From NCBI GenBank assembly GCA_963663895.2, contig CAXXRD010000001.1, positions 480,001-544,000 on the forward strand: a DNA stretch of 64,000 bases. The letters run 5' to 3'. The notes under the pieces are model-generated. The model was given only the letters and a program-made list of their open reading frames with translations. It was not told where the DNA came from and did not search any database. Both the position numbers and the translations under genes were made by a program. The stretch comes from Dehalococcoidia bacterium (GTDB lineage: Bacteria > Chloroflexota > Dehalococcoidia > Bin125). Positions 1 through 10,524 of the stretch are shown here, piece by piece. Positions within the stretch are counted from its first letter, which is position 1. Every line of letters starts with the position of its first letter.

Positions 1-2
1 AC

Positions 3-2321
3 GACGCGGAGCGGCGGCGGCGCGAGGGCACGCTCACGTTCGAAGACCTCCTCATTCGCGCCCGCGATCTGCTGGTGGAGTCGCCCAGTGCACGCGAATA
101 CTTCCGGCAACGCTTCAAGTTCCTGCTGATCGACGAGTTCCAGGACACGGACCCGCTGCAGGCCGAGATCGTACTGCTGCTCGCGGGGCAGGGGAGCGCC
201 ACGCACTGGCGCGAGGCCGAGGTCACACCGGGACGGCTATTCATCGTGGGCGATCCGAAGCAGTCGATCTACCGCTTTCGCCGCGCCGACATCGATATCT
301 ACGCGGAGGTCGAAGATCTCTTCCAGCGGCATCCGCAGGGCGCCGCCGCTTCGCGCGTGGACACGCTCGATGTGAACTTCCGCTCGCGGCCCGATCTGGT
401 CGCATGGCACAATCACGTGTTCCAAGCGCTGATCCGGCCCGACCCCGACTTCATCCGTGCCCAGCCGGCGTATCGGCCTTTGCGGGCACACCGCGAAGAC
501 GCCGGGACGGCCGTCATCCGCCTGCTGCCGAGCAGCGGCGTCCAGTGGCCGCGGATCAAGGAAGCGCGCGAGGAGGAAGCGCGGACGATCGTGCGGTTTA
601 TTCAGACGGTCGTCAAGACGGACGAGTTGGAAGTTACGGTCCGGGAATCCGACGGTGTCACGCCGCGACGACCCCGCTACCGGGACATCTGCCTGCTGGT
701 CCGGAACCGCACCGGGCTGGAACTCTACTCGGCCGCGTTGGAAGGGCAGGGGGTGCCCTACCACCTCGACAGTGGCCGGGGGTTCTTTCTCCAGCAAGAG
801 ACCCGCGAGGCGGCGGCGCTGCTGACCGCTCTCGACGACCCCTCGGATGAAGTCGCGGTTGTCGCAACGCTGAAGAGCGCACCGTTCTCCGCCTCGGACG
901 TGGAGCTGTTGGAGTTCGCGCAGGCCGGCGGCCGTTTCCGGATCGACGCGGCCGCCTTGCCCGCCAGCTACAACGGCCCGCTGCGTGATCACTATGCCGT
1001 GTTGCTGCAGCTGCTCCAGCAGAAAGCGAAGATGCCGCTCCCCGTCTTCGTCGACCATGTCTTCCGCGAGACCCACCTCCTGGAGATTCAGCTTGCCCGC
1101 CGCAGCAGTCAGCGGGCGGCGAACCTGCACCTCATCGTGCAGCGGGCCGCGGATTTCGCCGCGAACGAGGTCGATTCGCTGCGCCCCTTCGTCCGCTGGC
1201 TGAGCACGCAAACCCGCACGGACTTGGCGGAAGCGGAGTGGCCGGTCACCGAAGCCGACGAGGACGTTGTGCGGATCCTCACGATCCATCAAGCCAAGGG
1301 ACTCGAGTTTCCCATCGTGGTGCTGGCCAAGCTGGCGAGCGCCCAGACCCCCGATCGCACCATCGCCGTGGTCAACCGCGAGCGTGGAACGATCGACTTT
1401 CAGATCGGCCGGCGCGACGCCCGCTTCCAAACGCCCCACTTCGCCGAGGAGCAGGTCCGCCAACGGCGCTACGAGACGGCGGAAGAGCGCCGCCTGCTCT
1501 ATGTGGCGGCGACACGCGCTCGCGATTTCCTCGTACTTCCGACCTTCTTCACCAACCGCGCAAAGGGCTACCACAACGACCTGGAGGAGACGCTACCGGG
1601 CTGGATGACGCTGGACTACGACGTGCAGGCGCCGGGGATGGACAACGTGCGCATGGAGGAGCTTGTGCCGGTGCCAAGCACGATGCCGCCAACCCCGCGG
1701 CCCGATGTCGCCGGCACGCGGGCTCGCTGGCAGGCGGCGCGTGAACAGGCGTTGAAGGTTGGGGCAGCGACGCGCGCGTTCATCACACCGTCCCGCATCG
1801 GCGAAGACCGCTTGAAAGAGCCGCGCGAAACCGCGCCCCGGCGATGGGATGAAACCGGCTCCGAGGGAGGCCGCCATCTGGGCACGCTGATCCACGAGGC
1901 CCTGCGCACTGCCGCGCTCGCCGACCTGCCGCTCTCCATCGAGCGAGGTAGGAGCCTGTGCCTAGAGCGGGGGCAGAGCGAACTCGCGGACGAAGTCGAG
2001 CGGCACCTGCGCGCCACGCTGGAGAGCCCCCTCTTCGCCCGGGTGCGCGCGGCGGATCAGGTCGAGCGGGAGCTCCCGCTTGTGCTGGTCGACGCCGAGC
2101 GCGTGATCGAAGGGTACGTCGACCTGGCGTTCCGCGATGAAGAGGGCTGGGTGATCGTCGACTACAAGAGCACGCGCAGTCCTTCCCCAGAAGCCATGAC
2201 GGCATATGAAGGGCAGATCAGGGCTTACGTCGAAGCGTTCCAGGGGACGGGCGTCCCGGTCCGCTCGGCCTTCCTCCTCTTCACGGCCACGGGCGAGAGC
2301 CGCAAGGTTTCCCTGCCATAG
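3..2321 (+). CDS. UvrD/AddA(RecB)-like helicase-nuclease, 5'-truncated by the window edge
   Basis: Frame open from nt 3. SF1 motifs LLIDEFQDT, VGDPKQSIYRFR, TIHQAKGLEF, EERRLLYVAATRA; C-terminal RecB-type nuclease motif GYVDL...IVDYKS. Confidence 0.9.
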   Translation, partial: DAERRRREGTLTFEDLLIRARDLLVESPSAREYFRQRFKFLLIDEFQDTDPLQAEIVLLLAGQGSATHWREAEVTPGRLFIVGDPKQSIYRFRRADIDIYAEVEDLFQRHPQGAAASRVDTLDVNFRSRPDLVAWHNHVFQALIRPDPDFIRAQPAYRPLRAHREDAGTAVIRLLPSSGVQWPRIKEAREEEARTIVRFIQTVVKTDELEVTVRESDGVTPRRPRYRDICLLVRNRTGLELYSAALEGQGVPYHLDSGRGFFLQQETREAAALLTALDDPSDEVAVVATLKSAPFSASDVELLEFAQAGGRFRIDAAALPASYNGPLRDHYAVLLQLLQQKAKMPLPVFVDHVFRETHLLEIQLARRSSQRAANLHLIVQRAADFAANEVDSLRPFVRWLSTQTRTDLAEAEWPVTEADEDVVRILTIHQAKGLEFPIVVLAKLASAQTPDRTIAVVNRERGTIDFQIGRRDARFQTPHFAEEQVRQRRYETAEERRLLYVAATRARDFLVLPTFFTNRAKGYHNDLEETLPGWMTLDYDVQAPGMDNVRMEELVPVPSTMPPTPRPDVAGTRARWQAAREQALKVGAATRAFITPSRIGEDRLKEPRETAPRRWDETGSEGGRHLGTLIHEALRTAALADLPLSIERGRSLCLERGQSELADEVERHLRATLESPLFARVRAADQVERELPLVLVDAERVIEGYVDLAFRDEEGWVIVDYKSTRSPSPEAMTAYEGQIRAYVEAFQGTGVPVRSAFLLFTATGESRKVSLP

Positions 2322-2451
2322 CGTCCGGCGGCGCGCGGACTCGACGAGGGCGAATGTCTTTCAGGCAACGCCTGATCGCTCCCCATCCCACCTGCCGCCG
2401 GAATCGGTTATCTTGGCTAGCGACTCCAAACGCGAACGAAGGGGCGAGAAC

Positions 2452-4149
2452 GTGACTGAGCTGAGCGGAGCGCAGGTGGTTGCGCGTGCGCTACAGGACC
2501 AAGGCATTAACGAACTCTTTGGCCTGATGGGCATCCCGGTGGTGCCGGTGGCGCAGGCGGCACAGCGCGCCGGCATCCGCTACATCGGCACCCGCCACGA
2601 GGCGGCGGCGGGATACGCAGCGCAGGCGGCCTCGTACATGAGCGGGCATATCGGCGCGGCGCTGGTCGTTTCGGGGCCCGGCGTCACCAACGCGATCACG
2701 ACGCTGGGCAACGCGCAAGAGAACGCCTGGCCCATGCTGCTGCTCGGCGGCTCATCGGCGCTGGATCTGACAACGCGCGGCGACTTTCAGGAGTCTCCCT
2801 CCCTGGAGCACGTGCGACCCTTCGTGAAGTGGTCCGGGCGGCCCACGAATGTCCGCTTGATCCCGCGCTTTATCGCCACCGCGGTGCGCGAGGCGCTGGG
2901 CGGCCGACCGGGTCCCGTGTACGTCGACCTGCCCGGGGACGTCGTCTACGACAAGGCGGACGAGAGCGAGATCGAATGGACGCCACGAGTGCCGCCGCCG
3001 CCGCGGCCGGAGGTAACGGCCGAGAGCGTGAGCGCAGCGATCGAGGCCCTGAAGAGCGCGGAGAGTCCGCTGATCATCGTGGGCAAGGGCGCCGCCTGGG
3101 CGCAGGCGGAAGCAGAGCTGCGGGAGTTCGTCGACAAAACGCAGGTGCCCTTCCTGCCCACGCCCATGGGAAAGGGCGTAATCCCGGACGACCACCCGCT
3201 CTCGACCGCGGCAGCGCGAAGCTACGCGCTCCGAAACGCCGATCTGGTGTTCTTAGTAGGAGCGCGGCTCAACTGGATCTTGCATTTCGGCCTGCCACCA
3301 CGCTTCAAGGAAGGCGTGCGCGTCATTCAACTGGACATCGCCGGCGAGGAGATCGGCAGGAACGTCCCCACCGAAGTGCCGCTGGTCGGCGACGCGAAAG
3401 CGATCATGGCGCAGCTCAACGATTACTTGGAAGCGCATCCCTGGGAATTGCCCGAAGACAACGAATGGAAAGCGGCGCTGCGCAGCGAGGCAGACCAGAA
3501 GCGCCAGACCACTGCTTCAATGCTCGCATCCGACGAGCTTCCCATGAACTACTACCGCCCGCTCAAGGAGATCGACGAGGCGCTGCCGCGCGACGCGATC
3601 GTCGTCTCCGAAGGCGCCAAGACAATGGATATCAGCCGGCAGGTGCTCAACAACTACTTCCCTCGCTCCCGGATCGACGCGGGGTCTTGGGGAACGATGG
3701 GAGTCGGAGGCGGGTTCGCCCTGGCCGCGCAGGTAAAGAACCCCGACAAGCGCGTGATCGCCCTTGAGGGCGACTCCGCGTTCGGATTCGACGGCATGGA
3801 GATCGAAGTGGCGGCACGCTATGGGCTGCCGATCACCTGGATCATCTTTAATAACAACGGCATCGGCGGCGGGCCGCCTGCCTTCATTGAAGGCCGGCCG
3901 CCGCCGGTCGGCGCTTACGTGCCGGACGCCCGCCACGACAAGCTGATCGAGGCATTCGGCGGCAAGGGGTACCGCGCCAACACCCCGGAAGAGCTGCGCG
4001 CGGCGCTGCAGGAAGCGCTTACGAGCGACGGGCCGACGCTGATCGATGTCGTGATCAATCCCAAAGCCGACCGTCGCGCGCAGGAGTTTGGCTGGTGGCC
4101 CTCGGGCGAGACGCACGCCAAGCAGGAAAGCCCCACCAAGAAAGCCTAA
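2452..4149 (+). CDS. ThDP-dependent 2-hydroxyacyl-CoA lyase / oxalyl-CoA decarboxylase family enzyme
   Basis: GTG start at 2452. GLMGIPV, RHEAAAGYAA, FLPTPMGKG, GSWGTMGVG, ThDP motif EGDSAFGF...NNNGI, C-terminal RRAQEFGW. Confidence 0.88.
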   Translation: MTELSGAQVVARALQDQGINELFGLMGIPVVPVAQAAQRAGIRYIGTRHEAAAGYAAQAASYMSGHIGAALVVSGPGVTNAITTLGNAQENAWPMLLLGGSSALDLTTRGDFQESPSLEHVRPFVKWSGRPTNVRLIPRFIATAVREALGGRPGPVYVDLPGDVVYDKADESEIEWTPRVPPPPRPEVTAESVSAAIEALKSAESPLIIVGKGAAWAQAEAELREFVDKTQVPFLPTPMGKGVIPDDHPLSTAAARSYALRNADLVFLVGARLNWILHFGLPPRFKEGVRVIQLDIAGEEIGRNVPTEVPLVGDAKAIMAQLNDYLEAHPWELPEDNEWKAALRSEADQKRQTTASMLASDELPMNYYRPLKEIDEALPRDAIVVSEGAKTMDISRQVLNNYFPRSRIDAGSWGTMGVGGGFALAAQVKNPDKRVIALEGDSAFGFDGMEIEVAARYGLPITWIIFNNNGIGGGPPAFIEGRPPPVGAYVPDARHDKLIEAFGGKGYRANTPEELRAALQEALTSDGPTLIDVVINPKADRRAQEFGWWPSGETHAKQESPTKKA

Positions 4150-4338
4150 GCCCCGGACCATTCGGGGCGCCGCCGCCCGCTGCGCACCCTCGCCGGCCTA
4201 CTCGGGTCCGCCAGCCTTCCGGTCCAGGCGGAGGACGCGCGCAGGGCTCTTGGCACGGCCAAGGGATCGCCGGCAGCCAAGAGGCCGAACGCCCCTATGC
4301 CATGCGCAAGAGCCCGGTGGGTCGCTGGGGAACTCGGA

Positions 4339-5454
4339 CTATCCCTGGCGCCACTCGACTTCGGTAGTGACTTGGATCCAAAAGGCCTGACCGCTTGTCA
4401 GGCGCGCGAGGGCGCTGACACTCGCCGGCGGGCCGCTCCAATACGAAACGTACCGTTGGCTACGCGCGTCGAAAGCGTGAATCGCGTCCACGGCGTCCTC
4501 AATATCCGCGATCGCCTCCTGAACGGACCTGCTCGGCCCCGTCCACGTCACGAGATTGAAGCCAGGCTGGAGCGTGATGGTGCGTTCCTCCAGCAGGGCC
4601 GGACGGTCCCAAACAATGCCGTGCGGATCACCCACGTAAACCAACACGGCATCTCCTCGCTCGACCGCTTCGAGATCATTGCGGGCGCCAGGGCGGCTCG
4701 GCGAATAGCTCTGATACGACTGCGTCTCTTTGGAGAAGGCAAGTACGACACCGATACCGTCTTGGATGGGCTGAAGAGCGGTTGTGAAGTCAGCATCGCT
4801 GGGCCAGGCAATGAAGTTCCAACCTGGGAAGAGAAAGTCGGGATCACGGTTATCCAGTCGTGTTTGCGCAGTGAACGTGACGCCGGCGTGCGCATTCGGC
4901 TCGGAGGTGTCGGCCAGTTCCGTACCTTCCAATGCGAAACGGCCGACGAAGGGAACGGTGCCTTCAATCAGCCCTGATCCGTGCGTGCGATGGACGGCGA
5001 TGTGCAGGTGCGCGAGCCCGTTGTTCCCGGCATAGAACGGCGGAGCGACGACGCCGAGCGGTTGCCCGCGAGCCACAGACTGCCCACGCTGCAGTCCGGG
5101 GTCGGGAAACAGGTGGCAGAGCAGCACGCTGAAATCGCCGTTGCGGATGGTGACACAGGAGTTGCTGGACCAGCTCAACACGCCGTCCCACGGCGAGAGC
5201 ACCACTGTGCCCTCGGTCGGCCCATCAGTACGAACAACGTCAATGGCATGGGGGTCGGGATAGCGGTCGGAGGGGTTGTGTGTGTACGTGTTGTAGCCCG
5301 CGATAATCTTCCAGTGCGTTCCGGCAGGAGCGGGAAAGCCCAGATCGTTCTCGGCGGCACGCGCCGAATCGTCCGCGTTGACCAGACTCGGCATCGCCAA
5401 CGCGGCAAGAATCACTCCTAGCGCGATGAACCAACGTGTCTTCGCTCGTGACAC
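4339..5454 (-). CDS. Secreted M23-like metallopeptidase with two C-terminal repeat domains
   Basis: Hydrophobic signal peptide; HAID and HLH zinc motifs, V.RGQ.LG; repeated L.PG(W/F)N...W domains. Start estimated (GTG 5454). Confidence 0.7.
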   Translation of the reverse strand: MSRAKTRWFIALGVILAALAMPSLVNADDSARAAENDLGFPAPAGTHWKIIAGYNTYTHNPSDRYPDPHAIDVVRTDGPTEGTVVLSPWDGVLSWSSNSCVTIRNGDFSVLLCHLFPDPGLQRGQSVARGQPLGVVAPPFYAGNNGLAHLHIAVHRTHGSGLIEGTVPFVGRFALEGTELADTSEPNAHAGVTFTAQTRLDNRDPDFLFPGWNFIAWPSDADFTTALQPIQDGIGVVLAFSKETQSYQSYSPSRPGARNDLEAVERGDAVLVYVGDPHGIVWDRPALLEERTITLQPGFNLVTWTGPSRSVQEAIADIEDAVDAIHAFDARSQRYVSYWSGPPASVSALARLTSGQAFWIQVTTEVEWRQG

Positions 5455-5585
5455 TGCTTCTCCGAACACGAGAGAAATGCGGTAATAGAGTGGTTCTGTC
5501 AAGTCTAGCCCGGCTTCGACTGTCCGTGCGACCCTACGGACGAGAGTTCGTTCGAGCAGTAAATCCAAGAAAGCGAGGAGGGTTG

Positions 5586-6542
5586 GTGGAATTTCGCAGA
5601 CTGGGCCGCTCGGGGCTCAAAGTGTCCATAGCCGGAATCGGCTGCAACAACTTCGGAATGCGCATCGACGAAGAAACCAGTGGAGCAGTGGTCCGAGCGG
5701 CCTTGGACGCGGGCGTCACGCTCTTCGACAGCGCCGATGTCTACGGCAACGGGCGCTCGGAAGAGTTCCTCGGGCGGGCGTTGGGGACGGAGCGCAACCG
5801 CGTGATCATCGCGAGCAAATTTTCCTGGCCCATGGGCCAGGGGCCCTACGAAGGGGGCACCTCGCGCCGATACATCATGCGCGCCGTGGAAGCGAGCCTG
5901 CGCCGGCTGGGGACGGACTATCTCGACCTCTACCAGGTACACCGGCCCGATTGGGAGACCCCGATCGAGGAGACGCTCGATGCGCTGAACGATCTCATCC
6001 GGGACGGCAAAGTGCGCTACATCGGCTCGTCGGCGTTCACGGGTTGGCAGATCGCCGACGCTGATTGGACGGCGCGCACGCGGCACCAGAGCCGGTTCAT
6101 CTCCGCTCAGAACGAGTGGAGCATGCTGGAGCGGACGATCGAGCCAGACGTGGTCCCGGCCTGCCGGCACTTTGGCCTGGGCGTCCTCCCCTACTTCCCG
6201 CTCGCGAACGGCTTCCTCAGCGGCAAGTACCGCCGGGGAGAGCCCTTCCCCAGCGGCAGCCGCTTGGAAGCGTGGAAGGACCGTTTCGGACACGTCGCGT
6301 CGGACGAAAACTTCACCCGTTTGGAGCAGCTCACCACGCTCGCGAACAACCGCGGCCACACGATGCTGGAGCTGGCGATCGGCTGGCTGGCGACGCGGCC
6401 CGTGGTTTCGTCGGTGATCTCCGGCGCGACAACGCCCGAGCAAGTCAAGGCGAACGCCGCCGCTGCCACGGCTTGGCGCCTCTCCGATGAGGAGATGGAC
6501 GAGGTCAACAGCATCCTCGCGCCCGTCGGATATCCCGCGTGA
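5586..6542 (+). CDS. Aldo/keto reductase
   Basis: RBS GAGGAG then GTG; LGRSGLKVS, FDSADVYG, SLRRLGTDYLDLYQVH, GKVRYIGSS, PYFPLANGFLSGKY. Confidence 0.93.
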   Translation: MEFRRLGRSGLKVSIAGIGCNNFGMRIDEETSGAVVRAALDAGVTLFDSADVYGNGRSEEFLGRALGTERNRVIIASKFSWPMGQGPYEGGTSRRYIMRAVEASLRRLGTDYLDLYQVHRPDWETPIEETLDALNDLIRDGKVRYIGSSAFTGWQIADADWTARTRHQSRFISAQNEWSMLERTIEPDVVPACRHFGLGVLPYFPLANGFLSGKYRRGEPFPSGSRLEAWKDRFGHVASDENFTRLEQLTTLANNRGHTMLELAIGWLATRPVVSSVISGATTPEQVKANAAAATAWRLSDEEMDEVNSILAPVGYPA

Positions 6543-7441
6543 GGCTGCGCTCGCTGATCGGCGCAAGCCTGGCCCTGGGGGCCGGGGCCGCCTACTACGC
6601 ATGGCGTGAGTCAAAGTGGGTCGACCTCACCGAGACCGTGATGGAGGTGCCCGAGCTTCCGCACGGCTTGGAGGGGCTGCGCATCCTCCACATCTCCGAC
6701 ACGCACTTCCCAGCCGATGGCGAGTCACTCCCTCGCTTCCTCAACGCGGTGCGTCAGCTCCGCTACGACGTCGTCTTCGGAACGGGCGATTACGTGGAGA
6801 GCGCGGCAGGATGGCCGGTGGCGGTCGAGGCGATGCGGCGGATCGAGCCGGGACTGGGGATCTATGCCGTGATCGGGGGCCACGAGCGCTATCGGGCGAT
6901 CGAAGGGGCAGGCGGTGCCGCCGCCTGGGCCATGGACTTAATCCTCGCCCGGCGTCCGGCCGACCGCGACCCCTCCCCCTTTGTGGAGGCACTGCGCGAG
7001 TCTGGCATACGCGTCCTCATCAACCAAAGCGCCGCCGTCGAGATCGGGGGGGAGCTCGTGCGCCTTGTGGGCATTGACGACGCCTACCACGGCCTCGACG
7101 ACCTGCCCGCCGCACTGAGCGAGCAGGGAAAGGACAGCTCACCGAGCTTCAAGATCCTCTTGAGTCACACACCGGATGGCGTGCTGCATCCCCTGGCGCG
7201 GAGGATCCCCGTCGCACTGACAGGGCACACGCACGGCGGCCAGATCCGCGTTCCGTTCTACGGCGCGCCCGTGCGGCACGCACAGAGCGTGGGCCGGAAG
7301 CGACCCGCAGGCCTGATGCGGATCGGGGAAACGCAAACCTACGTCAGCCGAGGGTTCGGCACCAGCGGGATCCCGCTGCGGTTCGGATGCCGCCCTGAAC
7401 TCGGCGTCGTGGAACTGCGCCGGCCCGCCCGGCCCCTGTAG
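6539..7441 (+). CDS. Calcineurin-like metallophosphoesterase (YkuE-like) with N-terminal membrane anchor
   Basis: HISDTH, TGDY, GGHE (variant of GNHE), LSHTPD, GHTHGGQ, VSRGFG motifs. Confidence 0.88.
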   Translation: MRLRSLIGASLALGAGAAYYAWRESKWVDLTETVMEVPELPHGLEGLRILHISDTHFPADGESLPRFLNAVRQLRYDVVFGTGDYVESAAGWPVAVEAMRRIEPGLGIYAVIGGHERYRAIEGAGGAAAWAMDLILARRPADRDPSPFVEALRESGIRVLINQSAAVEIGGELVRLVGIDDAYHGLDDLPAALSEQGKDSSPSFKILLSHTPDGVLHPLARRIPVALTGHTHGGQIRVPFYGAPVRHAQSVGRKRPAGLMRIGETQTYVSRGFGTSGIPLRFGCRPELGVVELRRPARPL

Positions 7442-7452
7442 CTCGAGCAGCG

Positions 7453-8217
7453 ATGCGGTTTATCGGCGTCGACTTGGCCTGGAGCAACCGCAATCCGAGC
7501 GGGGTCGCAGTGGTGCGCGGCGATCAGCACGGGCTGTGCTCGGAGTGGACCGAATCGATCACGGGCGTGGAGGAGATAGCAGCCCGTCTCCAGCTGCTGC
7601 AGGGCGACTGGATGCTGGCGATCGACGCGCCGCTCGTGGTGCCAAACTGGGACGGGACCCGCCCATGCGATCGGGAGCTGTCGCGACGCTACGGTCGCTA
7701 CCACGCCGGTTGCCATCCCGCCAATCGCAGGAAGCTGGGCGCCGTCGCGCCTGCGGAACGGCTCGTCCGGCGGCTCGCGGGTACCGGCGTCGAGCGTTTG
7801 CACCAGCCGTCCGGTCGCCGACGCATTGGCGGCCGCTGGGCCTTCGAGGTGTACCCGCATCCAGCCATGATCGAGCTCTTCCGTCTCGATCGAATCGTGA
7901 AGTACAAACGCGGGCGAGTCGGGGAGCGCCGAGCGGGACTCACGCGACTTTCGCAACTCCTGCGGCAATGCCTGCCGCGGCTGGACCCGCCGCTCCGATC
8001 GAACGCAGCCAGCGAGGCGCTTTTCGGCACGGACCCAGCCGATCTGCGCGGGCGCGCCCTGAAGCGTTTTGAGGATTGTCTAGACGCCGTCTTCTGCGCC
8101 TACCTGGCAGCGCATTGCTGGGCCTGGGGCAGCGAGCACAACTTTGCGATCGGGGACGGATCCCACGGCTCGATCACCCTGCCCAGTGGGCGGCGAGAAT
8201 CAACAGAGCGCTCGTAA
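7453..8217 (+). CDS. DUF429-family predicted nuclease (RNase H-like fold)
   Basis: FIGVDLAW, AIDAPL, EVYPHPA and D.LDA motifs. Confidence 0.8.
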   Translation: MRFIGVDLAWSNRNPSGVAVVRGDQHGLCSEWTESITGVEEIAARLQLLQGDWMLAIDAPLVVPNWDGTRPCDRELSRRYGRYHAGCHPANRRKLGAVAPAERLVRRLAGTGVERLHQPSGRRRIGGRWAFEVYPHPAMIELFRLDRIVKYKRGRVGERRAGLTRLSQLLRQCLPRLDPPLRSNAASEALFGTDPADLRGRALKRFEDCLDAVFCAYLAAHCWAWGSEHNFAIGDGSHGSITLPSGRRESTERS

Positions 8218-8271
8218 CCGGCGGTTTATACTTCCGTGCAGCGCCCGAGATGCTCCCGGGGAGAGTGCATT

Positions 8272-9948
8272 GTGTTTGATGCCGAAACGCTGAAGAGACT
8301 GCGCGGCTCGCGTGAGCGATGGGATGCGGCAGTCGAGACGGAAGGCCGCGAGGGACCCGGGCCTTTCATGACGACCTCTTCTCGCCCGATCCAGCGGCTC
8401 TATGATCCCACGGACCTTGCCGACGCCGACTTCGACCACGCGCGCGACCTGGGCCAGCCAGGCGAGTATCCCTTCACTCGCGGGATTCACCCGACGGGCT
8501 ACCGGGGCAGGCCCTGGACGATTCGGATGTTCAGTGGATTCGGCAGCGCCGAAGAGACGAACGCGCGTTATCACGATCTGCTTCAGCACGGACAGTCCGG
8601 CTTGAGCATCGCCTTCGACATGCCGACGCTCCTCGGCTACGACCACGACCAGCCACACGGCGAGGGCGAGTTCGGCCACTGCGGCGTGGCCGTCTCATCG
8701 CTTCCGGATATGGAAGCCTTGCTCCGCGACCTCCCACTCGATGCGATCACGACCTCCATGACGATCAATTCGCCGGCAGCCGTGCTCTGGGCGATGTACA
8801 TCGCAGCGGCAGAGCGACGCGGCATCGACCGCAAGGACTTAGGCGGCACGCTGCAGAACGACATCCTGAAGGAGTACATCGCCCAGAACGAGTTCATCTT
8901 CCCGCCGCGCCCCAGCATGCGGCTGGTGACCGACACGATCGAGTTCGCGACGAAGGAGATGCCCAAGTGGAATACCGTCAGCGTGAGCGGATACCACATC
9001 CGCGAGGCCGGCTCGACCGCGGCGCAAGAGCTGGCCTTCACGCTGAGCAACGGCTTCGAATACGTCCGTTGGGCGCTGGACCGCGGTCTGGATATCGACG
9101 CCTTCGCGCCGCGGATATCGTTCTTCTTCAACGCCCACAACGATTTCTTTGAGGAGATCGCGAAGTACCGGGCCGCGCGCCGGATCTGGGCCCGCGAGAT
9201 GCGGGAGACGTTCCACGCCAAGAGCAAGCGCTCATGGTGGATGCGGTTTCACACGCAGACGGCCGGGGTCGCCCTGACCGACACGCAGCCCGAGGTCAAC
9301 CTCATGCGCGTCACCATCCAGGCGCTGGCCGGCGTGCTGGGGGGAACACAGTCGCTGCACACGGACGCCATGGATGAAGCGCTCGCGCTGCCGAGTGAAA
9401 AGGCTGCCAGGCTCGCGGTACGCACACAGCAAGTGATCATGCACGAGTCGGGCGTGACCAACACCGTGGACCCGCTCGGTGGCTCGTACTTCGTGGAGGC
9501 GCTGACGAACGAACTCGAGCGGGACGCGTACGACTACTTCCAGAAAATCGAGGCGCTGGGCGGCGTGATCCCCGCGATCGAAAGCGGTTTCTTCCACCGG
9601 GAGATCGCGGATGCGTCCTATCGCTACAACCGCGAGATCGATGACGGGGAGCGGGTGATCGTCGGCCTCAACAAGTTCCAAGTCGATGAGCCGATCGACA
9701 TCCCGATCCTGCGAATCGACCGCGAGGGCGCGCATCGCCACCGCGAGCGCCTGCAGCAACTCCGCAACGAGCGCGACGCTGCAGCCGCGCAGCAGAGCCT
9801 GCAACGCCTGGCGAACGTTTGCCGCGATGAGCGCGAGAACACGATGCCGTACATCATCGACGCGGTGAACGCGCACTGCACCCTCGGCGAGATTATGGAC
9901 ACGATGCGCGAGGTGTTCGGCGAGTATCGCGAGGTGCTCGTCGTTTAA
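8272..9948 (+). CDS. B12-dependent acyl-CoA mutase large subunit (methylmalonyl-CoA mutase family, isobutyryl-CoA-mutase-like)
   Basis: [47 protein letters not shown]; no B12-binding DxHxxG domain in this ORF. Confidence 0.92.
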   Translation: MFDAETLKRLRGSRERWDAAVETEGREGPGPFMTTSSRPIQRLYDPTDLADADFDHARDLGQPGEYPFTRGIHPTGYRGRPWTIRMFSGFGSAEETNARYHDLLQHGQSGLSIAFDMPTLLGYDHDQPHGEGEFGHCGVAVSSLPDMEALLRDLPLDAITTSMTINSPAAVLWAMYIAAAERRGIDRKDLGGTLQNDILKEYIAQNEFIFPPRPSMRLVTDTIEFATKEMPKWNTVSVSGYHIREAGSTAAQELAFTLSNGFEYVRWALDRGLDIDAFAPRISFFFNAHNDFFEEIAKYRAARRIWAREMRETFHAKSKRSWWMRFHTQTAGVALTDTQPEVNLMRVTIQALAGVLGGTQSLHTDAMDEALALPSEKAARLAVRTQQVIMHESGVTNTVDPLGGSYFVEALTNELERDAYDYFQKIEALGGVIPAIESGFFHREIADASYRYNREIDDGERVIVGLNKFQVDEPIDIPILRIDREGAHRHRERLQQLRNERDAAAAQQSLQRLANVCRDERENTMPYIIDAVNAHCTLGEIMDTMREVFGEYREVLVV

Positions 9949-10020
9949 GCCCGGCGCGAGTCGGCCGAGACGCGCCGCGAGGACGGCAGCGACTGCGCAC
10001 ACCCACGATCTCGCCGTCGG

Positions 10021-10443
10021 TTACAGGTCGAGCCGGCCCCAGCTATTAACGCGGTCCGGCACTAAGCGGATCACCGGCCGATCGTCGAGCGCCATCTCCC
10101 GGTATTGGGGGTACTTCTCACGGAGGGCGGCGATGGCCGCGCGATGCTCATCGCCGGACGCAAGCGTGTCCGCACGGCCCCGCAGCATCACCCAGGCCAG
10201 CCGCGACCAGTCTTCGCTGTAATGGTCGAGGACCAAGGCAGCCTGGGGATTGCGCTCGATGTTGCGGAGGCGGCGGAGGCGGGTGGTCGCCTTGGGCTTC
10301 TCGTCGATCACGATGTAGATCGCGCCCTCACGCTCCGCGAAACAGACCGGCACGACGTGGGGCATGGCCTCCGTGTCGCTGGTCGCCAGATGTCCAACAC
10401 GCCGCCGCGTCACGAAGGCCCGCACTAAAGGATCCAACGGCAT
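10021..10443 (-). CDS. PPOX-class probable F420-dependent oxidoreductase (Rv0121-like)
   Basis: HLAT...PHVVPVCF, IDEKPK, LRRLRNI..NP, DHYSEDWSRLAWV, LREKYPQY. Confidence 0.85.
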   Translation of the reverse strand: MPLDPLVRAFVTRRRVGHLATSDTEAMPHVVPVCFAEREGAIYIVIDEKPKATTRLRRLRNIERNPQAALVLDHYSEDWSRLAWVMLRGRADTLASGDEHRAAIAALREKYPQYREMALDDRPVIRLVPDRVNSWGRLDL

Positions 10444-10524
10444 GGCCCTCATATCGCCGGGCATGGAGAGCGCCCGCTAGACTGCCTGAACCATCTCAAG
10501 AGGCAGGATAGCGGGAGTTCAGGC

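Noticed and set aside
4190-4240. SRP RNA-like GGACCGGAAGG on the minus strand
   Set aside because: The conserved CAGG and AGCA flanks of domain IV are not matched.
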